The notes under the pieces: generated by a model
What the model was told of the DNA's origin: nothing
Database searches by the model: none
What the model saw: only the letters and a program-made list of their open reading frames with translations
Program-made: the position numbers and the translations under genes
Shown: positions 49,458 to 60,888 of the stretch, in pieces
Layout of the letters: every line of letters starts with the position of its first letter
Position numbering within the stretch: the first letter of the stretch is position 1
Source: Setoptus koraiensis
Taxonomy: Eukaryota > Animalia > Arthropoda
DNA: 64,000 nt
Direction: 5' to 3'
Assembly (NCBI GenBank): GCA_048013815.1
Contig: CM106585.1
Location: 7,998,001 to 8,062,000 of the forward strand

Positions 49458-50342
49458 TCAGGCAGGCGCTGAGCTCAATTGTGTGGCCAATAACCTATCG
49501 AAACGAGCCTCTTGGTTCGAATACTCAGCAACATAATCATGATATGGATACAATTCTTTAAGTTGATTGAAGTACCTGTTGGTAATTTCGTATGACTGTC
49601 CGGAATTAAGAGACAAAACGATTAAATTAACTAAAGTCTCTGGGTTATTGCCATCCAATAAGAAAGATTTCTGACAGAGCTCATTTGCCTCCTCGAACAT
49701 TTGTCTGGACATCAGCGAACAAACTTGTATATTGAGCAATAAAGCCGTGGCCCCATTTTTATCTATCAGCTCCTGAACAATGTAGTACGCCTCCTGAAGT
49801 TTTGTGCCACCTGTATGTAAACTTAGCCAAGCGGAAGCTAGCTGAGTCAGTGTGGCATATTCATCTTTATCTTGCATTTGTTTCAATTGCTTTTTAGCCA
49901 GATCAGGCCTATCGATTGCTAAATAGAGTTGTATCTTAGCCGCCGAACTAGTGATAGTGTCAATCGGGTGTAAAACCTTCAGTGCAGAAATCATATTTTT
50001 ATCTTGTGCGTAGATGGCTGACACAACAAGACAAGACAACTCATTGCTTTCAATAGTATCCATTGTTTTGTCCAGGTCTGATATGATGGAATCTTTCTTT
50101 GCTCGATCTCCTTGCTTATATTGGGCCATTTTCTTCAAATATAGCAAACATTGAGGCTTTGAGTCACTGATTTCGCTCAATATAACACCATAAGCTCGTT
50201 GCTCGAAATAAGATAAATACATGTAGAAGTCACATTCTGTTTGTTGAGCTTGATCATAGGATCTAAATCTGCTTGCAACATTTATACAAGATTGGTAGTT
50301 GCCCAAGTGGTAGTTGTTCCTGATTTCGAATAAGGCGTCCAT
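49458..50342 (-). CDS. COPE: Coatomer subunit epsilon, copy 2, protein identical to copy 1
   Basis: Translation identical to 944-1828; four synonymous differences; AATAAA retained in the 3' flank. Confidence 0.93.
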   Translation of the reverse strand: MDALFEIRNNYHLGNYQSCINVASRFRSYDQAQQTECDFYMYLSYFEQRAYGVILSEISDSKPQCLLYLKKMAQYKQGDRAKKDSIISDLDKTMDTIESNELSCLVVSAIYAQDKNMISALKVLHPIDTITSSAAKIQLYLAIDRPDLAKKQLKQMQDKDEYATLTQLASAWLSLHTGGTKLQEAYYIVQELIDKNGATALLLNIQVCSLMSRQMFEEANELCQKSFLLDGNNPETLVNLIVLSLNSGQSYEITNRYFNQLKELYPYHDYVAEYSNQEARFDRLLATQLSSAPA

Positions 50343-50750
50343 GATGTGGCAAAAATGAGCTGATAATTTTGGGCTAAAATAGAAACTAAATAGAAAATTA
50401 AATAAGAATCAGGCAAATCAATCTGAACCAGACTCGATGGTTGCAAGGACATGAACTTAAATGCTTCGCTGTTAACCGGATTGATACGGTTGACTGTTTT
50501 TTTACTGTATTGCCGGTCTTACACGAATACTACAGTACAGTTGAATGTCGTGTATATAAATAAATTCATATGCCTATGTCAGCTGTTGAGATATATGACA
50601 GCTAGTCATGTGTGCAAGGATAATTGCTAGATGCGATGGAGTGGTGAATCATCCTAACTCTGCCATTGTTTGGTATTATAGTCTACAGATAATGAACAAA
50701 TTCATCAGGGACAATACAACAACAAAATATAATTGTTTTATTAGTGACAG

Positions 50751-52145
50751 ATGATGCTCAACATGATGTTACCATTAATCAGGTTATCATTCTTAATTTG
50801 TGCACTGGCTGTAGCACTATACATATTTTCAGACATAAACAGAATCCAACAAATAATTTATTCCTCAACCTCTATTCCACAATCAAACAAACCACCGTCA
50901 ATACAGCCTACATCATCAACACCACGTCCTAATGAACAAGTAACGGAACAATTGAGTCAACAGCAACAACAGGCGATCACTTACATTACTGATAATTTTT
51001 CAACTATTAATGAATTTAATAAACGCCAACTATTACCTAGGCTTAAATCTCTAGTTACTATGGATTATTTTCGATTCGTTAAATTAAATATCAACAAACC
51101 ATGCAGGTTATGGGGCGATGATGGTAAATGTAGTTTAAGAGACTGTAAAGTTAAATTATGTGATAAATGTCCTTATTCAGAGTATGATGAAGCTCAATTA
51201 TCGGCCATTAATACTGACGTCGAAAGCAATCAATTAGACCTATTAGTGCAACTATTTGAATGCTCAGAGCAGGACGATGACAACGCCCAATATGTAGATT
51301 TATTACTAAATCCAGAACGATATACTGGCTATAGTGGGGAACCAGCAAGTAGGGTATGGCGATCTATTTATGAAGAGAATTGTTTTATACACCATAAACA
51401 CAAAAATCCATTGCAATTGGAGCAAATGTGTTACGAAGAAAGACTGTTTTATCAAGCGATTTCAGGCTTACATGCATCTATCAACATCCACTTGTGTGCT
51501 GAGTATCCTCTCGGTGGAATGGACGCAGATGCCTTCGGTCCCAACGTAAAGGAATTCAGGAAACGTTTCGAAGGGAAAAATGATTATATCAGAAATCTGT
51601 ACTTCTTATATCAACTGGAACTGCGTGCTCTAGCAAAAAGCGAACCGTTTCTTATGACTAGAGTCAATTGGCAATCAAATGCAGATCTGAAGTCCACACG
51701 TGACGCAATCAAGGATGTCCTCAAGATTACAAAATCACTAAATAATCCATTCAATGAATCTATGCTCTTTAAAGATAAACCAAATCATGTTTCTCACGAG
51801 CTAGCTTTGCACTTCAAAAATATCACTACTACAATAATGGATTGTGTGGCTTGTGACAAATGCAAGCTCTGGGGTAAAGTGCAACTACACGGATTAGGTG
51901 CAGCATTCAAGATATTATCAATCAAAGACATAAATCAACTTAGCTTGAATCGTCAAGAGATCATCTCACTCGTAAATGCTATAGCTCGCTTATCGAACAG
52001 CATTCACCAATTAGAGGTATTTAAGACTCTTCTAGAAGACCTCAGAAACGAAGACCCCATTGGCAAGAAAAAAATTATACAAAATCCTCTGCCTTCGACA
52101 ATTTTTGGAGGTAATGGCATCCACAAGCAACAATCTCCTTTCTAG
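50751..52145 (+). CDS. Ero1L: ERO1-like ER oxidoreductin, intronless, 464 aa
   Basis: N-terminal hydrophobic leader; DYFRFVKLNINKPCRLW, YVDLLLNPERYTGY, RVWRSIYEENCF, ISGLHASINIHL, and the CXXCXXC motif MDCVACDKCKLWGKVQ. Confidence 0.96.
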   Translation: MMLNMMLPLIRLSFLICALAVALYIFSDINRIQQIIYSSTSIPQSNKPPSIQPTSSTPRPNEQVTEQLSQQQQQAITYITDNFSTINEFNKRQLLPRLKSLVTMDYFRFVKLNINKPCRLWGDDGKCSLRDCKVKLCDKCPYSEYDEAQLSAINTDVESNQLDLLVQLFECSEQDDDNAQYVDLLLNPERYTGYSGEPASRVWRSIYEENCFIHHKHKNPLQLEQMCYEERLFYQAISGLHASINIHLCAEYPLGGMDADAFGPNVKEFRKRFEGKNDYIRNLYFLYQLELRALAKSEPFLMTRVNWQSNADLKSTRDAIKDVLKITKSLNNPFNESMLFKDKPNHVSHELALHFKNITTTIMDCVACDKCKLWGKVQLHGLGAAFKILSIKDINQLSLNRQEIISLVNAIARLSNSIHQLEVFKTLLEDLRNEDPIGKKKIIQNPLPSTIFGGNGIHKQQSPF

Positions 52146-52329
52146 TTTTACCTGCAACACAACTATGAGAATACAATGACTGAGATAAATTTATATATAC
52201 ATACTGTATTGACTGTTACTAACTGATCTTATACACACTATCTTATACAACAAAAGTTGAACACTTATAAAAGTTTATTTAGATTGAATTTTTATAGAAA
52301 TTACAAAATCACAAATTAAGTTACCTTCG

Positions 52330-55300
52330 TTACATGTCCACACTTTGAGATTCTTGTTGATTCTGAATATCTAAGAGTTTCAATCGTATCTCTATGAAGT
52401 TACATCTTTCGTTTGCCTCAAAGAGCCAACAATTCTGCATAATCTGATTTATAGTAGCTGGGCAACCTTGGGGAAACATCAATCTCACACCTGATTCTAA
52501 TAATTCTATGATAGATTTGTCAGATTTGGGGTATCTTGGGGTATCTCCTATAGAGTACATTTCCCAAAGAAGAACACCATAGCTCCAAACATCAGTTTTA
52601 CTTGTAAATTTCCAGTGCCTCAGGGTTTCGGGTGAGTACCAATTGACGGGTAGTTTCCGATCCGTTGTCTTCATATCGTAATAGAGGCCCTGAGTATCCA
52701 TGAATTGGGCCAATCCAAAATCACTTAGCTTTACACTAGAAGGGCTATCAACAAGTACATTGCGAGCCGCCAAATCGCGATGCACGATCTTTTTGCTTTC
52801 TAGATATTCCATTGCTGAAACAACGTCAATTGCAAATTGTACCAGGGGGATAGTTTGTAAGGGATCTTTGCTCATCTTCAAGTATACGTCCAGACTCCCA
52901 TATGGTAAATATTCTATAATCAACATAATTGGCTCCTCTACCAATCCCATGATCTTAACTATCTTGTCATGATTGAGAGTCTTCAATATATCAAACTCCC
53001 TTCTGAGATCGCAGAGACTATGGTCAGATGCTAGAACTGAATTGATACACTTTGCAGCTACCATTAGGCCCTCAGTCTCTCTACAGTAATCGAATAGTTC
53101 AGCTTTGTACACTTGACCACAGGTCCCATATCCTAAAACTCTGCCCAATTTAATTCTTTCACGCTCGATAAGCCACGGTTCATCTTGAAAAGAAGATGTT
53201 TGGGACAAGTTTCCCATAGAAGATGAGACTCTGGAGCAATCATCTGAGGGCAGACAGGTGATTGCCCGCGTAGACTCATCATTGGATGAATTGTTTGTTG
53301 GTGTAGTTGACTCAACTCTTTCGGCTCTACCTTTACCGATACCGAAAAATTCTTCGATGCTCTTCTTTACATAACCGAAAGTTTTAGCATGGCCATTCAC
53401 CAGATCAAAAGATTGTTGTTCAAGTTTGGGATGAGTTTTCTTCTGGAGTAACAACGTATCAGAACCATCATCATGGCTGTAAGTTGTAACACTGTCTTGA
53501 ACAGATATTTTTCGATCTTTGTTCGAATAGTTGGTATTATTCCCTGTCTTCCTCTTTCGATCTCTTCTTCTGGTTGATTCACCTCGTGTCTGCCCATCTT
53601 CTGGTCTAGATATGTAGTTATAGTCATAACCTTGGGCAGTGCCATTTCGGATTGAACTCATGTAGCACAGGATTGCCATGTTGATGTCTCTCGCCAAACT
53701 TTGAGGCTCAATTCGTTTACTTGGGTTCATCAGCCAACATTCTTCCATTATCGACCACAGATCATTGCTACAATTTTTCGGTCTCGTTAGTTGATTGGCG
53801 TTGATTCCAGGCTTCGGTTTTGCTCCAAAATTAAATATTTGCCAGATAGTTGTCGCAAAGGCCCAGACGTCAATACTGGAAGTGTAGCCCTTTGGTTCTA
53901 AGCTCCTATTGTTGTGATATTCAGACGGAAGGAATGCTGAGTCTGACAGAGCATCGGACTTAATCAACGGATCTGATAGCTTCACTCGAAGCATCTTGCT
54001 TGAGTACCAATCAGATGTGGCTAATAGATTGTGGCACCTAATCTTCGAATGTACGATTTGTTTCTCTTGTAAGAACAAAATGGCACGACTTAAGTCTGCC
54101 ACTGCATTTAACAGATTGGAGACCTCCAATAGCTTCTCGTTGGTTTTTAAGAATTCATCTAGAGGCCCGCCGCTTAGATATTCGCAAACCACACCGATTG
54201 GATGGCTTATATCAGTAATTCCGTATATCTTGACTATCGTACTGTCTCTAAGGTGAATCCAATCTCTAAGTTTCGTTTCGAGGGTGCCTGCAGACGAAGA
54301 AGACCCGGCTAGACTTTTATCTGAACAATCACTTGAAGGTGGCCACTTAATTGTTACTTCTAAGTTATTGAAAGTAGCCTTTTGAGCATATCCGTCGGTT
54401 TTGTTGATTAGATCATTATCCATTTTCAACATCGACTTATGTATGATCACCGGCATATCCAATAACCTTTCTTCAAAAGTTCGCCCATCATCAGCATCAT
54501 CTTTATTATGAAGTGCACTGAGCAGTAACTCAGGTAGATCGTCATACTCGCTAGGTACAACACAAGATCTCAGTTGCACGGGATTCGTTGTACTATCGCA
54601 TGGCTTGATTTGTATGTTTTTGATAAATTTCAAGAAAACTGCTTCACTTTCTTCGCAAGAGTTATCTCTATCTGAGTTGGTATCTATCTTCTCGTATATA
54701 TCCACTTCATCGTCGGCTTTCGAACATTTGTAACGCCCATTCTTTAATTCTACATGAATAGTCTTGATATTGGCTGAATTCGGCTGTAACAAGACATCTA
54801 TAAGGAATTCACAGTGATTTGTTCGGGATTGTCTCACAAGATAAGAGCCCAATTCACCATTTTTAGATAGCTTCTTCGTTGATGAGCTCAATGTTATTGG
54901 TCCGTGACTGTGTATGGATTTGAGCTCATTCAAAAACGGGCTCTCTAGTTGCTTGGATAGGTTGAAGTACCATCTTTTTGATAGTCTATGATAACCGTCG
55001 ACGCAAGACACGAAGGATTTAAGAGTCAATTCGTTTTCAAATCTGAGCTTGCAAGATGGTTTTCCAGACGTGAAAAACTCAACAGTTCTATCGCTAAGCT
55101 GGACACCACAATAACATATATCATAGATACTAAAGATTCGCATTGACGAAGCTGGTTGGTCTGCAGATTTTAGTGTCATGTTGAGTTCGCATGATTGATC
55201 GATGATGCACTTCAACTCGGCCCCAATATTGTCCCATCTATTACTGTGGCTGTCAAAACATTCGGCTGACTCGACTTGTTCTGAGCCATAATCCGGCTGG

Positions 55301-56178
55301 ATTTCTTTGATGAAAGCAATCACAAACTGTAGCTTGACGAAGTTTGCATCTCGGTGGTTTTTCACTTCCAACAAGGAATCTATGAAGTTCTCTTTGAATG
55401 AACCGGCGTAATGTCTCACTTTCGCGGAGATGGTGGGCGGTAGGAACGTGTTTAAATCTACCTTGTCTAGAAAGGTTGTATCAATATCAATATTGTTCTC
55501 TATGGAATGTATTAATGCGTTTGTTACACTTAATCCTAAAATCATACTACAAGTTTTGATGGAGGGCTTTTTCATTTTAGTTGTGATAAATTCGTGTCTT
55601 ACTTGAGCGAATAGGTAACTCACTATACTAACGTCGCTCATCAAGTTAGAAAAACAAGAGGGAGTATATCTTACACGATATTCTACCTCGAGAACTGAAT
55701 TAGTTGTTAGATCACTTAATAACTGATTTGGCGCCAACCATATAGATGTTTTGTACAGTCTAAGACCAAACAAAGATACGTAAACTGGCCCTATGCCTTC
55801 TTCGATGGCTAGTTGATAAACAACTTCTTCGGCATATTTGAAATTTTTAATCGGATAACTTCTCACAAGGCTTCCATCACTATGCAACTCATTTTTATCA
55901 TACAATCTAACATAAATAAAATCCCGTTCATTATTTTCTGGGACTACAATAACTTCCTGTTGACCATAACCGGTGGGAATTGTTTCATCTGCAGACACAG
56001 ATGAAGCACTCGAGTGAGCGCGATAAATTGGTGAGCTATTAATGATGTCTCTAAAGTATCGAAAGTAGATTGGTTGATCAGTTGAATGTTGATTCACGCT
56101 ACGCTTATCCCGAGGAAAATCGTCTATGTTCGCCAGACTCGACGCTGAATTCCTTGAGAATATTTTTACAATAGTCAT
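52330..56178 (-). CDS. hop: Janus kinase (hopscotch-like), single-exon ORF, about 1282 aa: FERM, SH2-like, pseudokinase, tyrosine kinase
   Basis: FERM (SLFGLR...WLAPN...YRVRY); SH2-like GSYLVRQS; JH2 with HSKIRCHNLL and KLSDP; JH1 with LGYGTCG, HRDLAARNVL, KLSDFGLA, LPVNWYSPE, SDVWS-like TDVWSYGV. First ATG taken at 56178. Confidence 0.95.
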   Translation of the reverse strand: MTIVKIFSRNSASSLANIDDFPRDKRSVNQHSTDQPIYFRYFRDIINSSPIYRAHSSASSVSADETIPTGYGQQEVIVVPENNERDFIYVRLYDKNELHSDGSLVRSYPIKNFKYAEEVVYQLAIEEGIGPVYVSLFGLRLYKTSIWLAPNQLLSDLTTNSVLEVEYRVRYTPSCFSNLMSDVSIVSYLFAQVRHEFITTKMKKPSIKTCSMILGLSVTNALIHSIENNIDIDTTFLDKVDLNTFLPPTISAKVRHYAGSFKENFIDSLLEVKNHRDANFVKLQFVIAFIKEIQPDYGSEQVESAECFDSHSNRWDNIGAELKCIIDQSCELNMTLKSADQPASSMRIFSIYDICYCGVQLSDRTVEFFTSGKPSCKLRFENELTLKSFVSCVDGYHRLSKRWYFNLSKQLESPFLNELKSIHSHGPITLSSSTKKLSKNGELGSYLVRQSRTNHCEFLIDVLLQPNSANIKTIHVELKNGRYKCSKADDEVDIYEKIDTNSDRDNSCEESEAVFLKFIKNIQIKPCDSTTNPVQLRSCVVPSEYDDLPELLLSALHNKDDADDGRTFEERLLDMPVIIHKSMLKMDNDLINKTDGYAQKATFNNLEVTIKWPPSSDCSDKSLAGSSSSAGTLETKLRDWIHLRDSTIVKIYGITDISHPIGVVCEYLSGGPLDEFLKTNEKLLEVSNLLNAVADLSRAILFLQEKQIVHSKIRCHNLLATSDWYSSKMLRVKLSDPLIKSDALSDSAFLPSEYHNNRSLEPKGYTSSIDVWAFATTIWQIFNFGAKPKPGINANQLTRPKNCSNDLWSIMEECWLMNPSKRIEPQSLARDINMAILCYMSSIRNGTAQGYDYNYISRPEDGQTRGESTRRRDRKRKTGNNTNYSNKDRKISVQDSVTTYSHDDGSDTLLLQKKTHPKLEQQSFDLVNGHAKTFGYVKKSIEEFFGIGKGRAERVESTTPTNNSSNDESTRAITCLPSDDCSRVSSSMGNLSQTSSFQDEPWLIERERIKLGRVLGYGTCGQVYKAELFDYCRETEGLMVAAKCINSVLASDHSLCDLRREFDILKTLNHDKIVKIMGLVEEPIMLIIEYLPYGSLDVYLKMSKDPLQTIPLVQFAIDVVSAMEYLESKKIVHRDLAARNVLVDSPSSVKLSDFGLAQFMDTQGLYYDMKTTDRKLPVNWYSPETLRHWKFTSKTDVWSYGVLLWEMYSIGDTPRYPKSDKSIIELLESGVRLMFPQGCPATINQIMQNCWLFEANERCNFIEIRLKLLDIQNQQESQSVDM

Positions 56179-59100
56179 TGTTGTATGGTCATGGAATGTT
56201 AAAGTATTAAAAATCAAACTTCTCTCCGTTGAAAGATTGGTGTATCACTTTGTTTTTTTTTTCTTATGTTGTCTGTGCAACTAAAATCATTGAAATGATC
56301 TTTGGTTGCACAGGTTAAATGTCTACTTCAGACTTTTGGTAGGTAAAAAGTAGTAATAATTAAGTAGTTAACAATAGTAACGACGGTTTACATATCTTGT
56401 TTCTCATGTTCCAGGTGAAGATGAGGTGGAGATACGTTATGTTTGATGCACGGTAGAACAACTAGCCAACTTGTCTGTTAGCTGTCAGAGAGCTGTATCA
56501 CAGTGTTGAATAGTAAATAGCTATTATTACATGCTATTATTATCACGTGATAGCTGTCTTCTTATTTTTTGTTGAATGGTTATTTCTCAAGTTGAAACTT
56601 TTTTATCTACAAGAATTTCGTTGTCATTATTATTTTTTCTTTTCTTGTAATATCTTGTAATATATGCTAAGATGTGATTGTGAAAACATTTCGGACGATA
56701 CTTTTCCTGAATAACAACATTGTGTAGTAAGCAAATTGTACAACAAAGTGTAGGATTATGTTGTTGTTGTTATTGCGATGACATTCTCAAAATCTTAAAC
56801 ATCAACAAAGTCAGTAATTAATATGCCTGTCGCCTGATTAATTCATATTCTTAATTCCACTTGTATTTTTGCCAATCGATAATAATGATTCAAGAGTATT
56901 TATAGTAGTAGTAGATTATCTCGACACATCTACCATTTCTGTTATCTTTTCCTTATGCAATCGTTCGCATGGGTGCTGATAGTCTGTTAATTTGTGCTGT
57001 ACCAATAAGTGTTATCTCGTTGCAAATAATTGAGTAGCAAGGTGTGTGGCGTCGATGTCGATAATTAATAATTAGTGCCGCCCGATGAGTTTCGTTCAAT
57101 AGATTGAAATATGTGATGCTAAATATAAAATTTCTATTTAGCCCATCCAAATGACGTGCTGTTTGAGCCTTGCAAGTGGCGCTTTAATACGCCAATAACA
57201 TTGTCCAAGTAAACATAGCGATCCTTGCATTTGTCGTCAACATATCTTAGGTGGTTGTATCGAAAAAAGAGGGAACTCGATAGAGTGGCGACAACGGCCA
57301 ATTGAGCATGCGCTGCATCTGGTACTTTTATGGCGCCCACAATGCCAAGCAAAGAGTAAACAAGCAAAGAGCAGCGAGAAAGGCTAAATTATATTTAGAT
57401 GGTATATGGCGCACGGTATAGACACCGCCGCCGCCGACACAAAATACCGCTCGTATACCGCTTGCATTGGTCCAGTAGAACTGATTTCTGGCCGTGGCGC
57501 GTACGTGGACAAGCTAAACTAAATTCGTTCACAATTTGTCGCCATACCCGTCGCCGCACCAAGGCCTATAAAAGCAGCAAGAATTTAGAATAATGGCAGC
57601 AGCAGCGTATTGACGGTGTCTGGTATGTGAGCCGAAGCACGTGCCAAATATGTAGGCCACTTGTTATTTGCGAGCGAAATATTCATGAGCGGCTACAAAG
57701 CGTGGCTGTTCGCCATCTGCTGACACGTTCCAATTAGCAGGATAATTAAAACTTTTGTTTTCCCGGCAGCGGCGGCAAGAGTTAGCGAGCAGTTGGCGAA
57801 CTGTAACTGCTTGCATTCGATTTGTTTGCCTTGGGCACTATACGATGGCTGGCAGCGATAAGTTGTTAGTGTTTGCGCGCAGCCACGGTCCATGTCCCAA
57901 TGCAAATACATGATACTAGACCATGGTATATAGTGCAGTGAGTGGCTGCGTCGCTATGCATTCTTGAGATGATACGATTGAGTCAGTGAATTTCAATGAT
58001 TGAGTTTCGTGCCTACTCAAATGGCGCTATAACAAGTTCATTGAGAGATGGCAGCAATGGCGAAAGTTGTTAGCCGGCTAACGGGGCAACAGAGTGCATT
58101 TCGTCATAATGGTTACAAATCGAACGGACTAGGCACTCACAAGCAGCGATGCTGGCTGACAGCAACATTGTGAGCCAACAGCGAACAGTTAGCGAAACAA
58201 AACAATCATGTATGGACGGATGTTTTGAGCGACTTGTGGCGAACTGAGGACACTAAAAATTGTGCAGCTGCGATGATGCATCTGTGCGCGGCCTATAGCC
58301 CAAAAGTGAATTGGCCTGTACTGTGTAATTCACTTTTTGTTCGCTCACTAACGAGGCGACGGACGCAAATGTGTGTTGGCGCGGCGGCCGAGTTTGCATC
58401 AGTGTGCTCAGGCTGCTGATTGATGAACTGATGCAAAAGAGAACTCACCATCACACGAGCCATTTGTGTGTGTGTGTGTGTGTTGCAAACTGGACAAATG
58501 GTCGCGTGGGTTGATATTTGCAATTTGCGAGCGAATTGCAAGCCTGTGTGTGATGTGCAATGTTAGCGAGAGCCGATCATCGCGCGAGCGAATGAGCGAA
58601 CCAAAAGAGAACTGCTCACATAAAGAAAGATTGTGTGTGTGTGTGTGTGTGTGCTCACTTGCGGGGGTTTAAACATGTTCGAGGAAGCCGGCCCAAAGAG
58701 GGGAAAGTAGGTGAGCAGCGAGAGAGTGACCGTGTGTGTGTGTGTGTGCAACAACAAACGTTGCTGCTTCTTTGTCGAGCTTCTCGCTCTCCTTTTCATG
58801 AGCTTCTGCTGCTGCCGTTGCGGCTGCTGGCGCTGCTGCTGTGCGTCCCTGCCCATGCCAGTGTGTGTGTGCGCCTGGTCGCCTGCTGCTATCGCTGCTT
58901 TTTGCTTGTTTGGGTCGCTGCTGCTGCTTGTGTGAGCCAAACATTGTGAGTGCCAGGCACAACAGCCACAGCTAACAACAACTAGCAAATATCAAATGCT
59001 GTTAGTGTGTTTATGATATATTTATCATCGTACACGAATATACTGTTTGTGTAACACACATTTATATATATTTTAACTGGATATTCGATAAATTCTGCCA

Positions 59101-60888
59101 CAACGACTTTGGATTATCTCATGCGACAACCAGCCACAAGCCAACCAACGCTGCCGACCCTTGTTAGTACATGTAAATTATATTACCGACGACGACCGCA
59201 CTAATATTAGCAATAACAATAATAATATCAGTGTGTAGGAACAAGTCATCATCTTCAACAATTTTGAGATGAACATCTAACAACCGACAACTACAACGGC
59301 TGCCACCTCGCTACCAGTTACAGCCACACAAACTGGAGTGACAATCTGGAGTGCACACACACACACACACATCGGATCATACTAAATCAGACAACGCATA
59401 AATACGGTCGGGGCAACGACACCAGCCACTCAATCAATTAACAAATGATAATTCCACTCATTGACCGCGATTATTACTATGAGCGCCTAACCAGGTGAAC
59501 GATTTGTATCGCTTCTATTATATAGCCACACGATTAAGATGAAGCAATAAGCCACTGTGAGAAGCCGTCAGCGCACATGTCACACAAATTACAGCAACAA
59601 TAATGTTATTGATTGATCCATGCTATTATATTTTATTTATTATTATATTATTATAAATATTTGGGAGGCGTACTAATGTATCATGAAAACACACACACAT
59701 CGGCCACTTCAAGATTATGACAAAGATAATATCTGCCATTCATAGATAATACATACTGCCATATACTACTCATTATACAAGAAACTAGACGACGACAGAG
59801 AGAAAAACAAAACAACAGCAACATATTCGAGAAATATAATATATCACACAATCGATGATAACAAACCAAACAAAATATTCAAGCCAACATTTGATGATAA
59901 CGTGCACCACTCACACTCACTAAAACATGAGCTTGTGGAAGACAACTGGCAGCTAAAGGCACACTGTCCAAGATCCATATCCAAACAAATGTACATTTGA
60001 TACATTCTGTACTTCATGCCACTGCCTTCGTATTTATATCTTATTATTATTATATCTAGCATCATCTGCATATCTGCTATATCTCGACATACATATCATT
60101 AACGTCACTTAAGACATACACAGATTAAAGAGATGAACCGTGCCGCAGCATCACCAATATTCACATCATCATCACCGCCAGTCAATTAAAGCAATCAAAA
60201 CTACAACAACAACAACGTAGAACATATTGCCGTGACAAAGGATCAATTGCCATAATTATAATTATCATAATAATTACAACAACAGTATCCCTCTACATCA
60301 ACACGCATGTATATGATTCGCCCAGGCAGCTATCTACAGCACTGTACCGAGCACTGTACTGAGCATTTAAAATTCCATTGCCAACTTAAAGCTGATCACT
60401 ACTTCGAAATTTCATCATCAACATCATTATTTTTATTGTAAGCCAAACAAATCACAACATACGACTGCATTACAACATACATCGAATTATCCGCAAAGCT
60501 AACTAACTAGACACTATTGCGTTGCACAATTACATTTTATAAAATTTATATTTCAACTGTGCCCGCTAACTATATAACGATACTAAGTATATGTTTACAT
60601 TACAATTATTACTGCTAATACTATTATTATAAGTAGTAGTAAATCAACCAAATTTGTGTATATATATATATATATACACACTGAAAGCGAGAGATAACGA
60701 TTGAGTTTACAATACCCCAGTATACACCAGCATAAAACTCCGGCAGCCTTCACTAGAACATTGAATCTGTCATTGTGTTAGTTGTTCAGCTAGTTGTATT
60801 AGTGGCACCCTACTAATTAAAGCAAACTATTACCATTACAACAATAACAGGCACAATTTAACTGAATACATTGACCATAACGTACTCA

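Noticed and set aside
56953-58420. Short minus-strand ORFs between JAK and Caskin
   Set aside because: No phase-consistent exon chain or recognisable domain could be built.
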